Shown here: positions 12,055-23,760 of the stretch, in pieces
How positions within the stretch are numbered: position 1 is the first letter of the stretch
How the letters are laid out: each line of letters begins with the position of its first letter
From: Dictyostelium discoideum
Lineage: Eukaryota
Reading direction: 5' to 3'
Assembly (NCBI GenBank): GCA_000004695.1
Contig: CM000154.2
Location: forward strand, 1,952,001-2,016,000
Length of the DNA stretch: 64,000 bases
Translations under genes and position numbers: made by a program
Notes under the pieces: generated by a model
Database searches by the model: none
What the model was told of the DNA's origin: nothing
The model's input: only the letters and a program-made list of their open reading frames with translations

Positions 12055-12845
12055 ATGGGTCAAGGAAATTCTAAATTATCAAGTGATGATATTAAAAAAA
12101 TAATGAGCAAAACTAATTATACTAGTGAGCAAGTTAGTCAAATCTTAAAGGATTATCAATCAGTTAATCAAGATAGTAAAGGTCTTTCATTGGAAGAGTT
12201 TAAATCATTCTTTTCAATTAGATTTAAAGATTATGATGATGCTTCAATTTTACATATGTTCAAAATTTTCGATAGCGATAAAGTATTTATTTTTTATTTT
12301 ATTTTTAAAATTTTCTATTTTTTTTTATTATTATTTTAAAACACAAAATTGACTAAAAAATTATTATTATTATTATTATTATTATTATTTTAATTTTAGA
12401 ATGGTAGAATTAGTTTTAAAGAATTTGTTGGGTAATTATTATTATTATTATATTATTATTATTATATTATTATTATATTATTATTTTATTAACAATATAT
12501 ATATATTTTTTTTTAATTATAATTTATAGTGCATTATTTATAATTACAAAATCACCAGTTTCAGATAAACTTTCATTTTTATTCGATATGTTTGATCGTG
12601 ATTTAAATGGATATTTAGATTTAGAGGAAAGTTATAATATCCTTAAATTAGCATTAAATACAAGTGTTGGTTTAGGTTTCGATGTTAGTCAAGCTGGAAG
12701 TTTTGCTGAAGGTTTATTAAATAGTATGAATAGAAATTCACATGGTGGTATTACAAAAGAAGAATTCATTAAAAAAGCCTCTGTCAATGATACCTTTGTT
12801 AGAATGTTATGTTTATATCAAAGCTATGATACTTTATTATACTAA
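12055..12845 (+). CDS. N-myristoylated EF-hand neuronal-calcium-sensor/recoverin-family protein (NCS-1/frequenin-like), 191 aa. Exons: join(12055..12282, 12400..12431, 12530..12845).
   Basis: N-terminus MGQGNSKL (myristoylation consensus; compare NCS-1 MGKSNSKL). EF loops: DSDK|NGRISFKEF, reconstituted across intron 1, and DRDLNGYLDLEE. The 32-nt micro-exon and phases are consistent. Length 576 nt is 192 codons, which fits NCS-1 (190 aa). It could be the Dictyostelium ncsA gene, but I cannot verify that. Confidence 0.75.
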
Positions 12846-13078
12846 AAAAATAATAAAATAATAAAAAAATAAAATAATAAAAAAAAAAGATAATCATGGA
12901 ACAGTGGTATTGGTAAAATAAAATAAAAGTGCAATGATTACAAAAATCTGTAAATTGAAAAAAAATAAAAATAAATTAAAAAAATTTAAAACAAACATAA
13001 AATACCTATTTTTTACATTTTTAAATATTTTATAATATTTTATTATAATTATTATCATTATTATTATTATTATTATTA

Positions 13079-13121
<43 letters not shown>

Positions 13122-13192
13122 AGGGGAGGGTAGCAGTTATTTAGTATGGTTTTTCATTTTTTTTTATTTTTTTTTTTAGTCGGTTATTCAAT

Positions 13193-13318
13193 TTATTGTT
13201 GTTTGACATGATCAATCTTTTCAACTTTAACTTGACCATCGATTAACTTGTAGATATAAACTGTAATATTATTACTTTGTACATCCATTAAAACAAAAGA
13301 TGGGATGACATCACTATG

Positions 13319-13356
<38 letters not shown>

Positions 13357-14338
13357 GTTAGTAAGAGTTTCCAGGTTTTTTTTTTATTATTTTTATAAAT
13401 TTAAAAATAAACATACTTTGAAATATTACTAAAAGCACCAGTTGCAGAACCTGGATTAACAAAAAGTTTACCATTTGATTCAAAAACTTCGAGTACATGA
13501 GTATGACCACTAATAAGAACATCAACATCTAATTGTCTTTGAAGAGCAGCTAAAGATGCTCTATCACCCCAAGGTACAATTTGGTGACCATGACAAAGAC
13601 CAAATTTAAATTGTCCAATTGAAACGATTTTAGTATCTGGATAAGAAGTGTTCTAAATTTTTTTTTTTCGAGTGTGTTTATTTTTATTTTTTAAATTCCA
13701 AAAATTAATAATCATTGTGCGCCATTGTATTTTATATTATTTTTGAATATATCCTTATATTCAAATCATTTGTCCAATTCTTCTTTTTTTTTTTTTTTTT
13801 TTTTTGTTTGACCTGTTTTTTTTATTTTTCATTATTATTAATATTATTATTATTATTATTATTTACATACCTCGTCTAAATCACCTCTAACAATATGAAC
13901 ATCACTTGTTAAAACTTTGAAATAATCATGAATTTCTTTTGAAACTAAATTACCTGTACAAAGAATGTGTTGAATTTTCTCTGGAACCTAATTATATAAT
14001 TTTTATTTATTTATTTATATTAATAAATATTAAATATTTAAAATAAAGTACTTGGAACTAGGGAAGTTGATTAAAAAAATAATAAAAATAAAAATAAAAA
14101 TAAAAATAAAAATAAAATTGATTTATACATACTAAAAGTTTTTTGAACTCTGGTGGAATACCATAAGATCTGTGTGGAACGTGTACATCACCAATTGCAA
14201 TAATAAACTATATAAAAAGTTATAAAAAGTGGTTTAAATATGAGTTATTAGAAATGGTTACTAATTTTATTATTATCATCATTATTGTTATTATTATTAT
14301 CATTATTATTATTATTAATATCTTAAAAATTATACCAT
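13193..14338 (-). CDS. vps29: Vps29 retromer subunit (metallophosphoesterase fold), 183 aa. Exons: complement join(14336..14338, 14133..14207, 13871..13987, 13417..13652, 13193..13313).
   Basis: Near colinear match to the conserved VPS29 sequence as I recall it: (M)[27 protein letters not shown]...[30 protein letters not shown]...[27 protein letters not shown]. All introns are GTATGT/GTATAA...AG. The first exon appears to be the ATG codon alone (ATG|GTATAA...TATAG|TTT). The alternative first exon ATGATAATAATAAAATTA|GTAACC is less likely. Confidence 0.8.
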
Positions 14339-14599
14339 TTCGTGTAATATATATAAAAATATTTATTTTAAAAAAAAAAAAAATATATGAAATAAAAAAA
14401 AAAAAAAAAAAAAAAAATCAAAAGAATTTTTTTTTTTTATTTTTTTTTTATTTTTTTATTTTTTTTTTATGGCATTTTCCTCAAATCCTTTCATTTTTTT
14501 TTTTTATTTTTTAATTTATTTTATTTTATTTTTTTTTATATTGTTTAAAAACAAGGTCAAGATTTAATTAATTTATTTTTTCGATTGAAATTAAAAAAT

Positions 14600-14630
<31 letters not shown>

Positions 14631-14670
14631 TCAAAAATTAAAGGTAACTTTAATTCTATTCTTTTTTTTT

Positions 14671-14790
14671 TTTTTTTTAAAATAAAACAATAAAATTAAT
14701 GAAAATAAAAAAATTAACTAATTCTTTTTTTTTTAAAATAAAACAATAAAATTAATAAAAATAAAAAAATTAACTAATTCTTTTTTTTTT
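14671..14790. repeat. ~57-bp tandem duplication (TTAAAATAAAACAATAAAATTAAT(G/A)AAAATAAAAAAATTAACTAATTCTTTTTTTT) between vps29 and the first biotin-protein-ligase-like gene.
   Basis: Two nearly identical copies, 14671-14727 and 14728-14790. Confidence 0.6.
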
Positions 14791-15178
14791 TTTTTTTATA
14801 AAAAAAATTTTTTTTTTAAAATCTATTCTTTCTTTAAAATAAAAAACAATCACAAAAATTAAAAAAGAAAGTGAAAAAAAAAAAAAAAAAAAAAAATCTA
14901 TAATTAAACTATTGGGAATGGTCCAAAAAAAAAAAAAAAATTACCAAAATTATTGGTTGAACTGAAAAAAAAAAAAAGTGGGGTATTCTATGAAAATATC
15001 TCTAAAGATTTTGGTCAATTTATTTTTTTGGTAGTTTTACCCTATTTAATTTTTTTTTTTTATGGTAATATTAAAAGGAATATTTTTTTTTTTTTATGGT
15101 AACATTAAAAGGAATTTTTTTTTTCTACCAATCATTATTTTTTTTATCAAATAAATAAATAATAAACAAACATATACA

Positions 15179-16306
15179 ATGATTGATTCAGAGATAGAGT
15201 TAAATAAAGTAATAGTAGTACCATTAATATCAAAAGATTCATTAGATATTAATGATGCAAAAAATTACTATGGAACCGAGTTACACCCAAATCAACCAAT
15301 TCCAACAATAGTTTCAACTCAATCTGAAGTGAATTCTTTAGTTAATCAAAAATCTGGTAATAATCAACAATTGGCCAATGAAGAAAGATTAGTTATATTA
15401 TTAAAACAACAAGAGGTAGAAAAAGATAAAACATTTGATACAAATAAATATTTTAACGAATTATCAACAGATTTATTTGGAAAGAATTTAATTCATACTG
15501 AAGTAATTAGTTCAACACAAGATATAATGTTAAAATATTTAACATATACTCGTCAAGGATTAGTAATGATTGCAGATCAACAAACCGATGGTAGAGGACG
15601 TGATGGAAATAAATTCTTGTCTCCATTGGGATGTTTGTTAATGTCATTCAAATGTAAACAAACTGATTGTAACAAATTACCATTCCTTCAATATTTGACT
15701 GGTATGGCAATGGTCGAAGCAATTCACTCTTTCCCAATTGCATCTGATTTAAATCTTAGTTTGAAATGGCCAAATGAAATCTTTACTAAGGAAGCAGGTA
15801 TTAAGCTTGGTGGAGTCCTCTGTGAACCAAAATATCTTAACAATGAATTTGATGTTGTCATTGGTGTTGGTGTTTATCTTTCAAATTCAAATAATCCATC
15901 AACAACTGTAAATCAATTAATTCACCAGAAACAACAACATGGATCTTCTTTATCATCAACAACAACAAGTACTGATATTCCAATTTATATTAATAGAGAA
16001 GAATTGGTTTCAAAATTCTTTAACAAATTCGAACCAATGTTTATGGAGTTTACAAGAGATGGCTTTAATGCAGATCTTGAAAATAGATACACTGACTTAT
16101 GGATGCATACAAATCAAATTGTAAAAGTAAAAGAAAGAGATTACCATCATGTTAAAATCATTGGTATTTCTGATAGAGGTTTCCTTAAAGTTATTGAATG
16201 TGATGCTGGTGGTAATTCATCTCCAAACTCTCAAATCGTTGAACTAAACCCAGAAAGTACTTCATTTGATATTCAAAATTTAATTTTAATGCAAAAATCA
16301 CAATAA
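15179..16306 (+). CDS. Biotin--protein ligase (BirA/holocarboxylase-synthetase catalytic domain)-like protein, copy 1, 375 aa.
   Basis: BPL/LplA/LipB fold motifs: QTDGRGRDGNKFLSPLGCLLMSF (compare BirA QTAGRGRRGRKWFSP) and LKWPNEIF (conserved KWPND lysine). Confidence 0.7.
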   Translation: MIDSEIELNKVIVVPLISKDSLDINDAKNYYGTELHPNQPIPTIVSTQSEVNSLVNQKSGNNQQLANEERLVILLKQQEVEKDKTFDTNKYFNELSTDLFGKNLIHTEVISSTQDIMLKYLTYTRQGLVMIADQQTDGRGRDGNKFLSPLGCLLMSFKCKQTDCNKLPFLQYLTGMAMVEAIHSFPIASDLNLSLKWPNEIFTKEAGIKLGGVLCEPKYLNNEFDVVIGVGVYLSNSNNPSTTVNQLIHQKQQHGSSLSSTTTSTDIPIYINREELVSKFFNKFEPMFMEFTRDGFNADLENRYTDLWMHTNQIVKVKERDYHHVKIIGISDRGFLKVIECDAGGNSSPNSQIVELNPESTSFDIQNLILMQKSQ

Positions 16307-16882
16307 TCAAAATAAATAATTAAAATAAATAATTTAATATTGGTTTTGTTTTGGTTTGTGTTTTTCCTGTTAATGTTAATTTTTTTTTATTATAAGGAGA
16401 CCTTTTTTTTTTTATTATTTATCATTCATTTCTTATAACTTGTTTTTTATTTTGAAAAATAGATTTAAAATAAAAAAAAAAAAAAAAAAAATTATAATTA
16501 TTATAAATTCTTCATAGAATAGAATTTAAAAAGTACTTTTTGATTTGGAAAAAAAAAAAAAAAAAATAAAAAAAAAGTTTTTAAAAAAAAAAAAAAAAAA
16601 TGTTTGAAAATGGAAATTTTTTTTTATTTCTAGTTAGATGTGTGTCTTTTTCAACTTACTTTTTTAAGTGGTTAACTGGATGAATTTATTATAATTATTC
16701 TTTTTTTTTTTTACAAAGGTAATGAAATATAAATTTTTTTTTATTTTTTTTTTTTTTGTTATAAAAAGGAAATTTTTTTTGTTATTTAAACCCAATTTTT
16801 TTTTTTTTTTTTAATATTAATAGTAATTATTTTTTTTTTCCTTCCCTCATTATTTTTTTTAAATAATAAATAAACATATACA

Positions 16883-18010
16883 ATGATTGATTCAGATATA
16901 GAATTAAATAAAATAATAGTAGTACCATTAATATCAAAAGATTCATTAGATATTAATGATGCAAAAAATTACTATGGAACCGAGTTATACCCAAATCAAC
17001 CAATTCCAACCATAGTTTCAGCTCAATCTGAAGTAGATTCTTTAATTAATCAAACTTCTGGTAATAATGATGAAGAAAGATTAGTTTTATTATTAAAACA
17101 ACAACAACAAGAGGTAGAAAAAGATAAAACATTTGATACAAATAAATATTTTAACGAATTATCAACAATTTTATTTGGAAAGAATTTAATTCATTCTGAA
17201 GTAATTAGTTCAACACAAGATATAATGTTAAAATATTTAACATATACTCGTCAAGGATTAGTAATGATTGCAGACCAACAAACCAAAGGTAGAGGACGTG
17301 GTGTAAATAAATTCTTGTCTCCATTGGGATGTTTGTTAATGTCATTCAAATGTAAACAAACTGATGGTAATAAATTACCATTCCTTCAATATTTGGCTGG
17401 TATGGCAATGGTCGAAGCAATTCACTCTTTCCCAAGTGCATCTGATTTAAATCTTCGTTTGAAGTGGCCAAACGATATCTATAGTAATGAACCAGGTATG
17501 AAAGTTGGTGGTGTCCTCTGTGAATCAAATTATCTTAACAATGAATTTGATGTTGTCATTGGTGTTGGTGTTAATCTTTCAAATTCAAATAATCCATCAA
17601 CAACTATAAATCAATTAATTCAAAAGAAAAAATATGGATTTTCATCATCATCATTGGCAACAAGTACTGATATTCCAATTTATATTAGTAGAGAAGAATT
17701 GGTTTCAAAATTCTTTAACAAATTCGAACCAATGTTTATGGAATTTACAAGAGATGGCTTTAATGCAGATCTTGAAAATAGATACACTGACTTATGGATG
17801 CATACAAATCAAATTGTAAAATTTAAAGAAAGAGATAACCATCATGTTAAAATCATTGGTATTTCTGATAGTGGTTTCCTTAAAGCTATTGAATGTGATG
17901 CTGATGGTAATACATCTTCTGACTCTGAAACCGTTGAGCTTCACCCAGATGGTACTTCATTTGATATTCAAAACTTAATTTTAATGCAAAAATCACAACA
18001 ACCAAAATAG
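16883..18010 (+). CDS. Biotin--protein ligase-like protein, copy 2 (tandem paralogue of 15179..16306), 375 aa.
   Basis: About 90% nucleotide identity to copy 1 across the CDS and the immediate 5' leader. Motifs QTKGRGRGVNKFLSPLGCLLMSF and LKWPNDIY. The duplication unit is ~1.7 kb. Confidence 0.7.
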   Translation: MIDSDIELNKIIVVPLISKDSLDINDAKNYYGTELYPNQPIPTIVSAQSEVDSLINQTSGNNDEERLVLLLKQQQQEVEKDKTFDTNKYFNELSTILFGKNLIHSEVISSTQDIMLKYLTYTRQGLVMIADQQTKGRGRGVNKFLSPLGCLLMSFKCKQTDGNKLPFLQYLAGMAMVEAIHSFPSASDLNLRLKWPNDIYSNEPGMKVGGVLCESNYLNNEFDVVIGVGVNLSNSNNPSTTINQLIQKKKYGFSSSSLATSTDIPIYISREELVSKFFNKFEPMFMEFTRDGFNADLENRYTDLWMHTNQIVKFKERDNHHVKIIGISDSGFLKAIECDADGNTSSDSETVELHPDGTSFDIQNLILMQKSQQPK

Positions 18011-18395
18011 ATAAAAAAAAAAAAATTTTTAGTAATCACTTTTTTTCCCAATATTTTCTTTACAGAATAATAAATAATAAATAAATAATAAATAAATAAT
18101 AAATATATATATTTTTTATCATAATTTATTTTATTTTTATTATTTATTTGTATTAAAATGAGTTTAAAAAAAAAAAAAAAAAAATTAAATTTGAAAAATA
18201 ATATTAACCCAACAGACGAGAAAGAGAGAACCAGATTTTTTTTTTTTTTTTTTTTTTGATATCGAACCCCATTTCCTTTAAGAAAAAACTTAAATAATTA
18301 AAAAAAAAATATGAATAGATATTATTTAAGACCCATATATAATTTCCCACACTATTTTTATTATTATTTATTTATAATATTTAATTTTATTCAAT

Positions 18396-21239
18396 TTATT
18401 CTAAATTTATTACCCATTGTAAATATTTATAATTTAAATCAGTTTTTAATATTTCTACTGAATATTGTGAAAAATCACTTGATTTAATTACACCAATTTC
18501 AAAATAATATTGAACAATTTCAACTAGATCTTCTGATATTGCAAATTCAACCAATCTATCATTAATTTTAAAATAGTTGGGTACATACTTTAAACATAAA
18601 TCCCATAGATGTATATTATTTGTTTGGCCATTGAATATAAAATTTATTCTTGCAGTATTTGAAGGACTTTTTTCAATTTCTCTAAAAGTAATTAAAATGA
18701 ATTCTAAATGATTTTCAAAAAGAAATTTAAAGAATTGATAAAATTTTGTTTCAAATAATTTCAAAAAGAGGTTGTGGTCTTTTAATGTTTCAATTGTTTC
18801 ATTATATAAATTTGAAAATAAATATTCAATAATTTCAATTGTTTTATTATTAATAGCATCTTGAATAAACCAATTAATTCCAAATCCAGGTTTTGAAAGC
18901 ATTAAAAATTCTTTAATTTTATTACAATTTAATAAAAACATTGATAAATTATTAAAGGAATTTGGTTCTTGTTCAATTAATGAATATTCTAAAAACAATT
19001 CAACCTCTCCAATTTTTGCTAGACTAGGGAGGTATATTTCATTTATTTCAATAGTATCTTGATTATAGGGCTCTCCAATATTATTATTATTAATTTCTTT
19101 TGGGAAAATTTTATAAACTAATTCTTTAAAACTATTTGATTGTAGAATAATATCAAATGATAAATCATTTAAATACAAAAATATTTTAAATTCCAAACTA
19201 TCAGTATAATACCTTCCTATTAAAAAAGAAATTTTAAAATATTTAATTTTTGACCAAACAAAAATGTAATATGCATGATCATATTGAGATGATGATGATA
19301 AATAATTAATAGCATTGATTTCAAATAATTCATGAATTTCAATTAAATCATTTAATGATGAAATTCCATTTGATTGAATTAAATGTTTATAAAGATTTTG
19401 AAATAATAATTGAAATTTCTTTAAATCATTAACATTATTATTTAAAAGTTTTAAAAGTTTAAATAATATATAATTAATAAATTCTTTAATATCTTTAAAA
19501 TTATTTGATGACACCAATGATTCATTATCTACTATAATTGGGTAATTAGATTTATTTTTTAATAATATCTTTTCAACACTTTCAATTGAAATATTAAATT
19601 CATAATCTTCTAACATTTGTTTAGTTACTATAAAATCTAATGATAATATTGAATTTAATAATTTATCTGTATATAAAAATTTATTTGAAATAAAATTAAT
19701 TTTGTGATCATTTGAAATTATTAAATTTTCCTTTGTTATTGTTGAAGTTGTTGTTGTTGTTGTTGTTGTTGCTGTTGTTGATAAAGGTAATAAATTAAAA
19801 AATAATTTTAATGATAAATAATCAAAAAATTTAAAACTAATTGAATTTAAATAATTTAAAAGTGAATCTCTTGAATTTTCATCATTAAAAATTTTATAAT
19901 CTAAATTTCTATTAACATTTTTTAATAGTTCATATATTTTAATATTTTTAAATTTATTTTGAAAAAGTATGAGATCATCATCATTATTATTATTATTATT
20001 AAAATGATTTAAAATTTTTTTTATTGATTCTATATCACAATTTAAAATTGATAAAAAAAAAGTACTTCTATAAATTAAAAGTTGATATGATTTCATAATA
20101 TTTTTTTCAAATGTTATTTGATTTTTGTTATATAATTTCTTTTCAAAATAATTGGCCAATTCAAATGTCTTAAAAGTTTTTGAAATTCCAAGTGGACATT
20201 TAAATTGATAATCATATAGGAATAGAAACTTTGAATCGTTACAAATATCTTTGATATTGATTGGAATATTATAAAAATCATTTGTTTCTAATATAAAATC
20301 AACAAATTCTTCACTATCAACTATCATATTATACATTGGTTGGTTGGGATGTGGAATTCTACCATCACCATTATATTTAATAATTTTTTTAATTATCCAT
20401 TTATACCTATTGAAATTGATTGGATTTTCTTTTATTGGTACAATACTCTTCATAGTTGGTTCTAATATTTTTTCAAGTACAGTTGATAAAATTGATTCTA
20501 TTCTTTTATTTTTAAAATATTGATTATATAAATTTTTAATAACTTTATAAATTGTAAATACTTTATCTTTGGTTTTATTATTATCATTATTATCATTATG
20601 ATTATCATCATCATCATCATAAATTATTCCATTTGATGATGAAAAAATATAAACTAAATAAACTACTGTTCTTTCTTGACGATAATGAGGATTTTTATAA
20701 ATAAGTTGAATAAATTCAATTAATTGATCTTTTTTTATTAAAACATTTTTATCTATACCAAAATGTAAAGGTAAAATTTGTATATCATTCTCTACAATTA
20801 ATTTTATTCCTTTTAAACATAAATAGTTTTGAGAATAAACTGATAAATCACACCAAAATGAATCTGCAAATTTGTTAATTAAATTATCTTCACCTATTGG
20901 CTCTAAAAATTCTTCATTATATTCTTTTAAATAATTATAATAAACACCCCTTTTTAAATGTTGTGAATGAGTTTTAATTATAATTTTTAAGAGTTGATGT
21001 ACTTTTTCTTGGTTTGTTGATAATGAATTTATTATTTTTAAATTATCAATAATTGAATCATTAAATTTTAGATTTAATTTTACTTGATTCGTTTTATTAA
21101 AAAAACTATTTTCTGCAAATGATTTCTCTATAAATATTTTATAACAATTGATTAATTCTTTAATTGTATTTTCTTTATATACATTTTCAAAATAAATACT
21201 ATATTCTAAAAATTCATTTCTGGATTGTAAAAATGTCAT
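18396..21239 (-). CDS. Large hypothetical protein (~947 aa), N/I/K-rich with no domain I can recognise.
   Basis: Uninterrupted 975-codon reverse-strand ORF in very AT-rich DNA. The first 28 codons of the track ORF are an A-tract (K-runs), so I used ATG 21239 (MTFLQSRNEF) as the likely start. Confidence 0.5.
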   Translation of the reverse strand: MTFLQSRNEFLEYSIYFENVYKENTIKELINCYKIFIEKSFAENSFFNKTNQVKLNLKFNDSIIDNLKIINSLSTNQEKVHQLLKIIIKTHSQHLKRGVYYNYLKEYNEEFLEPIGEDNLINKFADSFWCDLSVYSQNYLCLKGIKLIVENDIQILPLHFGIDKNVLIKKDQLIEFIQLIYKNPHYRQERTVVYLVYIFSSSNGIIYDDDDDNHNDNNDNNKTKDKVFTIYKVIKNLYNQYFKNKRIESILSTVLEKILEPTMKSIVPIKENPINFNRYKWIIKKIIKYNGDGRIPHPNQPMYNMIVDSEEFVDFILETNDFYNIPINIKDICNDSKFLFLYDYQFKCPLGISKTFKTFELANYFEKKLYNKNQITFEKNIMKSYQLLIYRSTFFLSILNCDIESIKKILNHFNNNNNNDDDLILFQNKFKNIKIYELLKNVNRNLDYKIFNDENSRDSLLNYLNSISFKFFDYLSLKLFFNLLPLSTTATTTTTTTTSTITKENLIISNDHKINFISNKFLYTDKLLNSILSLDFIVTKQMLEDYEFNISIESVEKILLKNKSNYPIIVDNESLVSSNNFKDIKEFINYILFKLLKLLNNNVNDLKKFQLLFQNLYKHLIQSNGISSLNDLIEIHELFEINAINYLSSSSQYDHAYYIFVWSKIKYFKISFLIGRYYTDSLEFKIFLYLNDLSFDIILQSNSFKELVYKIFPKEINNNNIGEPYNQDTIEINEIYLPSLAKIGEVELFLEYSLIEQEPNSFNNLSMFLLNCNKIKEFLMLSKPGFGINWFIQDAINNKTIEIIEYLFSNLYNETIETLKDHNLFLKLFETKFYQFFKFLFENHLEFILITFREIEKSPSNTARINFIFNGQTNNIHLWDLCLKYVPNYFKINDRLVEFAISEDLVEIVQYYFEIGVIKSSDFSQYSVEILKTDLNYKYLQWVINLE

Positions 21240-21648
21240 TTCAATAACTTTAATTTTTAAAATTTTTTTTTTTTTTTTTTTTTTATTTTTTTTTTTTTCA
21301 TTTTTTTTTTTTTTTTTTTTCACAAAACAAAAAAAAACAATTCAAAGAAAATTAAATAAAAAATAAGAAATATCTTGGATTAATTAATTTTAATTGTTTT
21401 TTTTTTTTTTTTAAATTTCAAAGTGATTGTGTCGTTGAAAAAAAAAACTCAAAAATGTTTTAATATCATTATAATCTTTAATTTTATTAAATAAATATTG
21501 AATTTTTTAAATTAAGTTTCAAATACTGCACATTTATATTATATTATTATTTATATTATTATTATTATTTATATTATTATTTATTATTATTATTATTTAT
21601 TATTATTATTATTATTTATTATTATTATTATTATTACAATTTTTTTAT

Positions 21649-23169
21649 TTATTTGTATTTATTTAAATTTTTTGGTTTTAAATGAATTATTGATGATGGT
21701 AAAGCATTTGGAAGAATTGATTTTTTATAAGAAAGACTAAGATTTAAAAAAGTTAGTGATGAAGGTAATGAACCAATTTCAATGATTTGATTGAAACCAT
21801 TTATAAAGTTTAGTGTTTTTAATTGATTTGGTAATAGACCAATTGGAATTGGATGGTTATAAAAACCAAAAGTTAATTCTTTTAAAGAATTTGGAAATAA
21901 ACCAATATGATCCTTTGTTAGGGGTTGATTAAAATGTTGACCAAAATCTATTGAAGTGATCGATTGTGGAAAGAAACCAATATCAATTTTATGATTCCAA
22001 CATGATGGTACAAAATCAGTGTCATAAAAAGATAATACTGAGAATGAAAGTAATTGATTCAAATCTGATAGAGCATTTTGTTCAATTATGAATTTAGAAG
22101 TACTTGGCACAATATCTAATTTCTTTAAAGATTTTGGTAATTGATAATTTGATAGTATTGGATAATGTGTTAAAATCTTATCAATGAGTAAATACTCAAC
22201 AGTGTCAGGTATGGCAAAGGGCAGAATTGTCATTTTCTTTGCCAACAATTGTAAATGGGTGATACCATTTGGTAAGAGACCTTTATACAATTTCATATTT
22301 CTCCCAAATGTAAGTAATGGTGGAAAACGTGAATCTGTAATAGTCAAGTTTTTAATAGTTTTTGGAAGAACCCACATGGTTTTATTACAAATTTCCACAT
22401 CTGATAAATATTCACAAATTGTTAATTTCTCCAATTTTGGTGGTAACACATTTTCAAACAATTCTCTCCCATAGGATGAAATTTTTAAAGTTTTTAAATT
22501 AACCAAATAATCTAAATCACCCAATTGAATTGGGGTATCATTATTTTGCCATTCTCTACCCAAATCCAAACTTGTAAGAGTTGTTGAAAATTTTTGAAAT
22601 AATTGTGGTGTTAATTGAATATTGTATCCACATCTAATAGATATTTTAATTAATGATGGAAATCTTAACAAATGTCCATAGAGTGCATTAACATCTCTCT
22701 CTGTAATGCCAATATTCACTATTGAGTTGAAAAAAGTTGGTATCTTTGAAATGTTAATATCATCGGGATACAAGGAAATTGGGAATCGAATCTCCATGTG
22801 TTGAACTGATTGTGGGATGATTGAATAATCAATAGTTGTTTTTGAAATTGTTCTAGTTGAACTACCATCATCATATAAATAATAATGTTGAGTTTGAAAA
22901 TTCTTTGGTACATTTAATAATGATGAAAAAATGATTTTTTTTAAAAATCCACTCTCTGGTATATCTCCTTTCTTTAATATTTCATTACAATTTAATCTTA
23001 ATGATTCAATATAATCTCTAAATTTAAAGTCTCTTAATTCTTTTAAACTTTCAAATCTAATTTCTCTATTCTTTTGAAATATTGAAACATGTGAAAATAT
23101 TATTTTCCTTAAAAAACAATTTCTAAAAACTTTAAAAAATAATTTTTCAATATGTGAATCATCTGACAT
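21649..23169 (-). CDS. FNIP-repeat-containing protein (amoebozoan LRR-like repeat family), 506 aa.
   Basis: C-terminal half is built of ~22-aa repeats: FGQHFNQPLTKDHIGLFPNSLKELTFGFYNHPIPIGLLPNQLKTLNFINGFNQ. This is the FNIP repeat signature (F-N-x-P-L/I...LP.SL). Confidence 0.7.
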   Translation of the reverse strand: MSDDSHIEKLFFKVFRNCFLRKIIFSHVSIFQKNREIRFESLKELRDFKFRDYIESLRLNCNEILKKGDIPESGFLKKIIFSSLLNVPKNFQTQHYYLYDDGSSTRTISKTTIDYSIIPQSVQHMEIRFPISLYPDDINISKIPTFFNSIVNIGITERDVNALYGHLLRFPSLIKISIRCGYNIQLTPQLFQKFSTTLTSLDLGREWQNNDTPIQLGDLDYLVNLKTLKISSYGRELFENVLPPKLEKLTICEYLSDVEICNKTMWVLPKTIKNLTITDSRFPPLLTFGRNMKLYKGLLPNGITHLQLLAKKMTILPFAIPDTVEYLLIDKILTHYPILSNYQLPKSLKKLDIVPSTSKFIIEQNALSDLNQLLSFSVLSFYDTDFVPSCWNHKIDIGFFPQSITSIDFGQHFNQPLTKDHIGLFPNSLKELTFGFYNHPIPIGLLPNQLKTLNFINGFNQIIEIGSLPSSLTFLNLSLSYKKSILPNALPSSIIHLKPKNLNKYK

Positions 23170-23760
23170 TTTTTTAATTTTATTTATTTAAATTATTTAT
23201 TTATTTATTTTTTTAAAATTATTTATTTATTTTTTTTTTATGTGGGTGAATTTTTGATTTAAAATAATAAAAACAAAAAAAAAAAAAAACAAAAAAAAAA
23301 AAAAAAAAACAAAAAAAAAATTAAAATAATTAAATTTCAACACAAAGCTTTAAATAAATTTCATTTTTTTTCTTAAAATAAATAAATTTAATTTTTTTAA
23401 GAAAAAAAAAACATAACATGAATTGAAAAACATCATTTGAAACATTTTAATTTTAAGTAATACCTTATAATAGAAAATTTATTCTATAAATAAAAAAATT
23501 CTATAAATAAAAAAAAAAGTATTTATTATATTATAATTTATTTAATTTAATTTAATTTTTTTTTTTTTTTTTTCTTTTTTTTTTTTTTTATTCTTTTTTT
23601 TTTTTTTTTTTTTCTATTTTTTTTATTCTTTTTTTCTATTTTTTTTTTTTTTTTTTTTTTTTGAGATTTAAAAAAAAATATATATATAAATGTAAATATA
23701 TGTATATATTATTATTTAATTATTTAATAATATTTTGAATTTTTTTTTTTTTTTTTTTTT

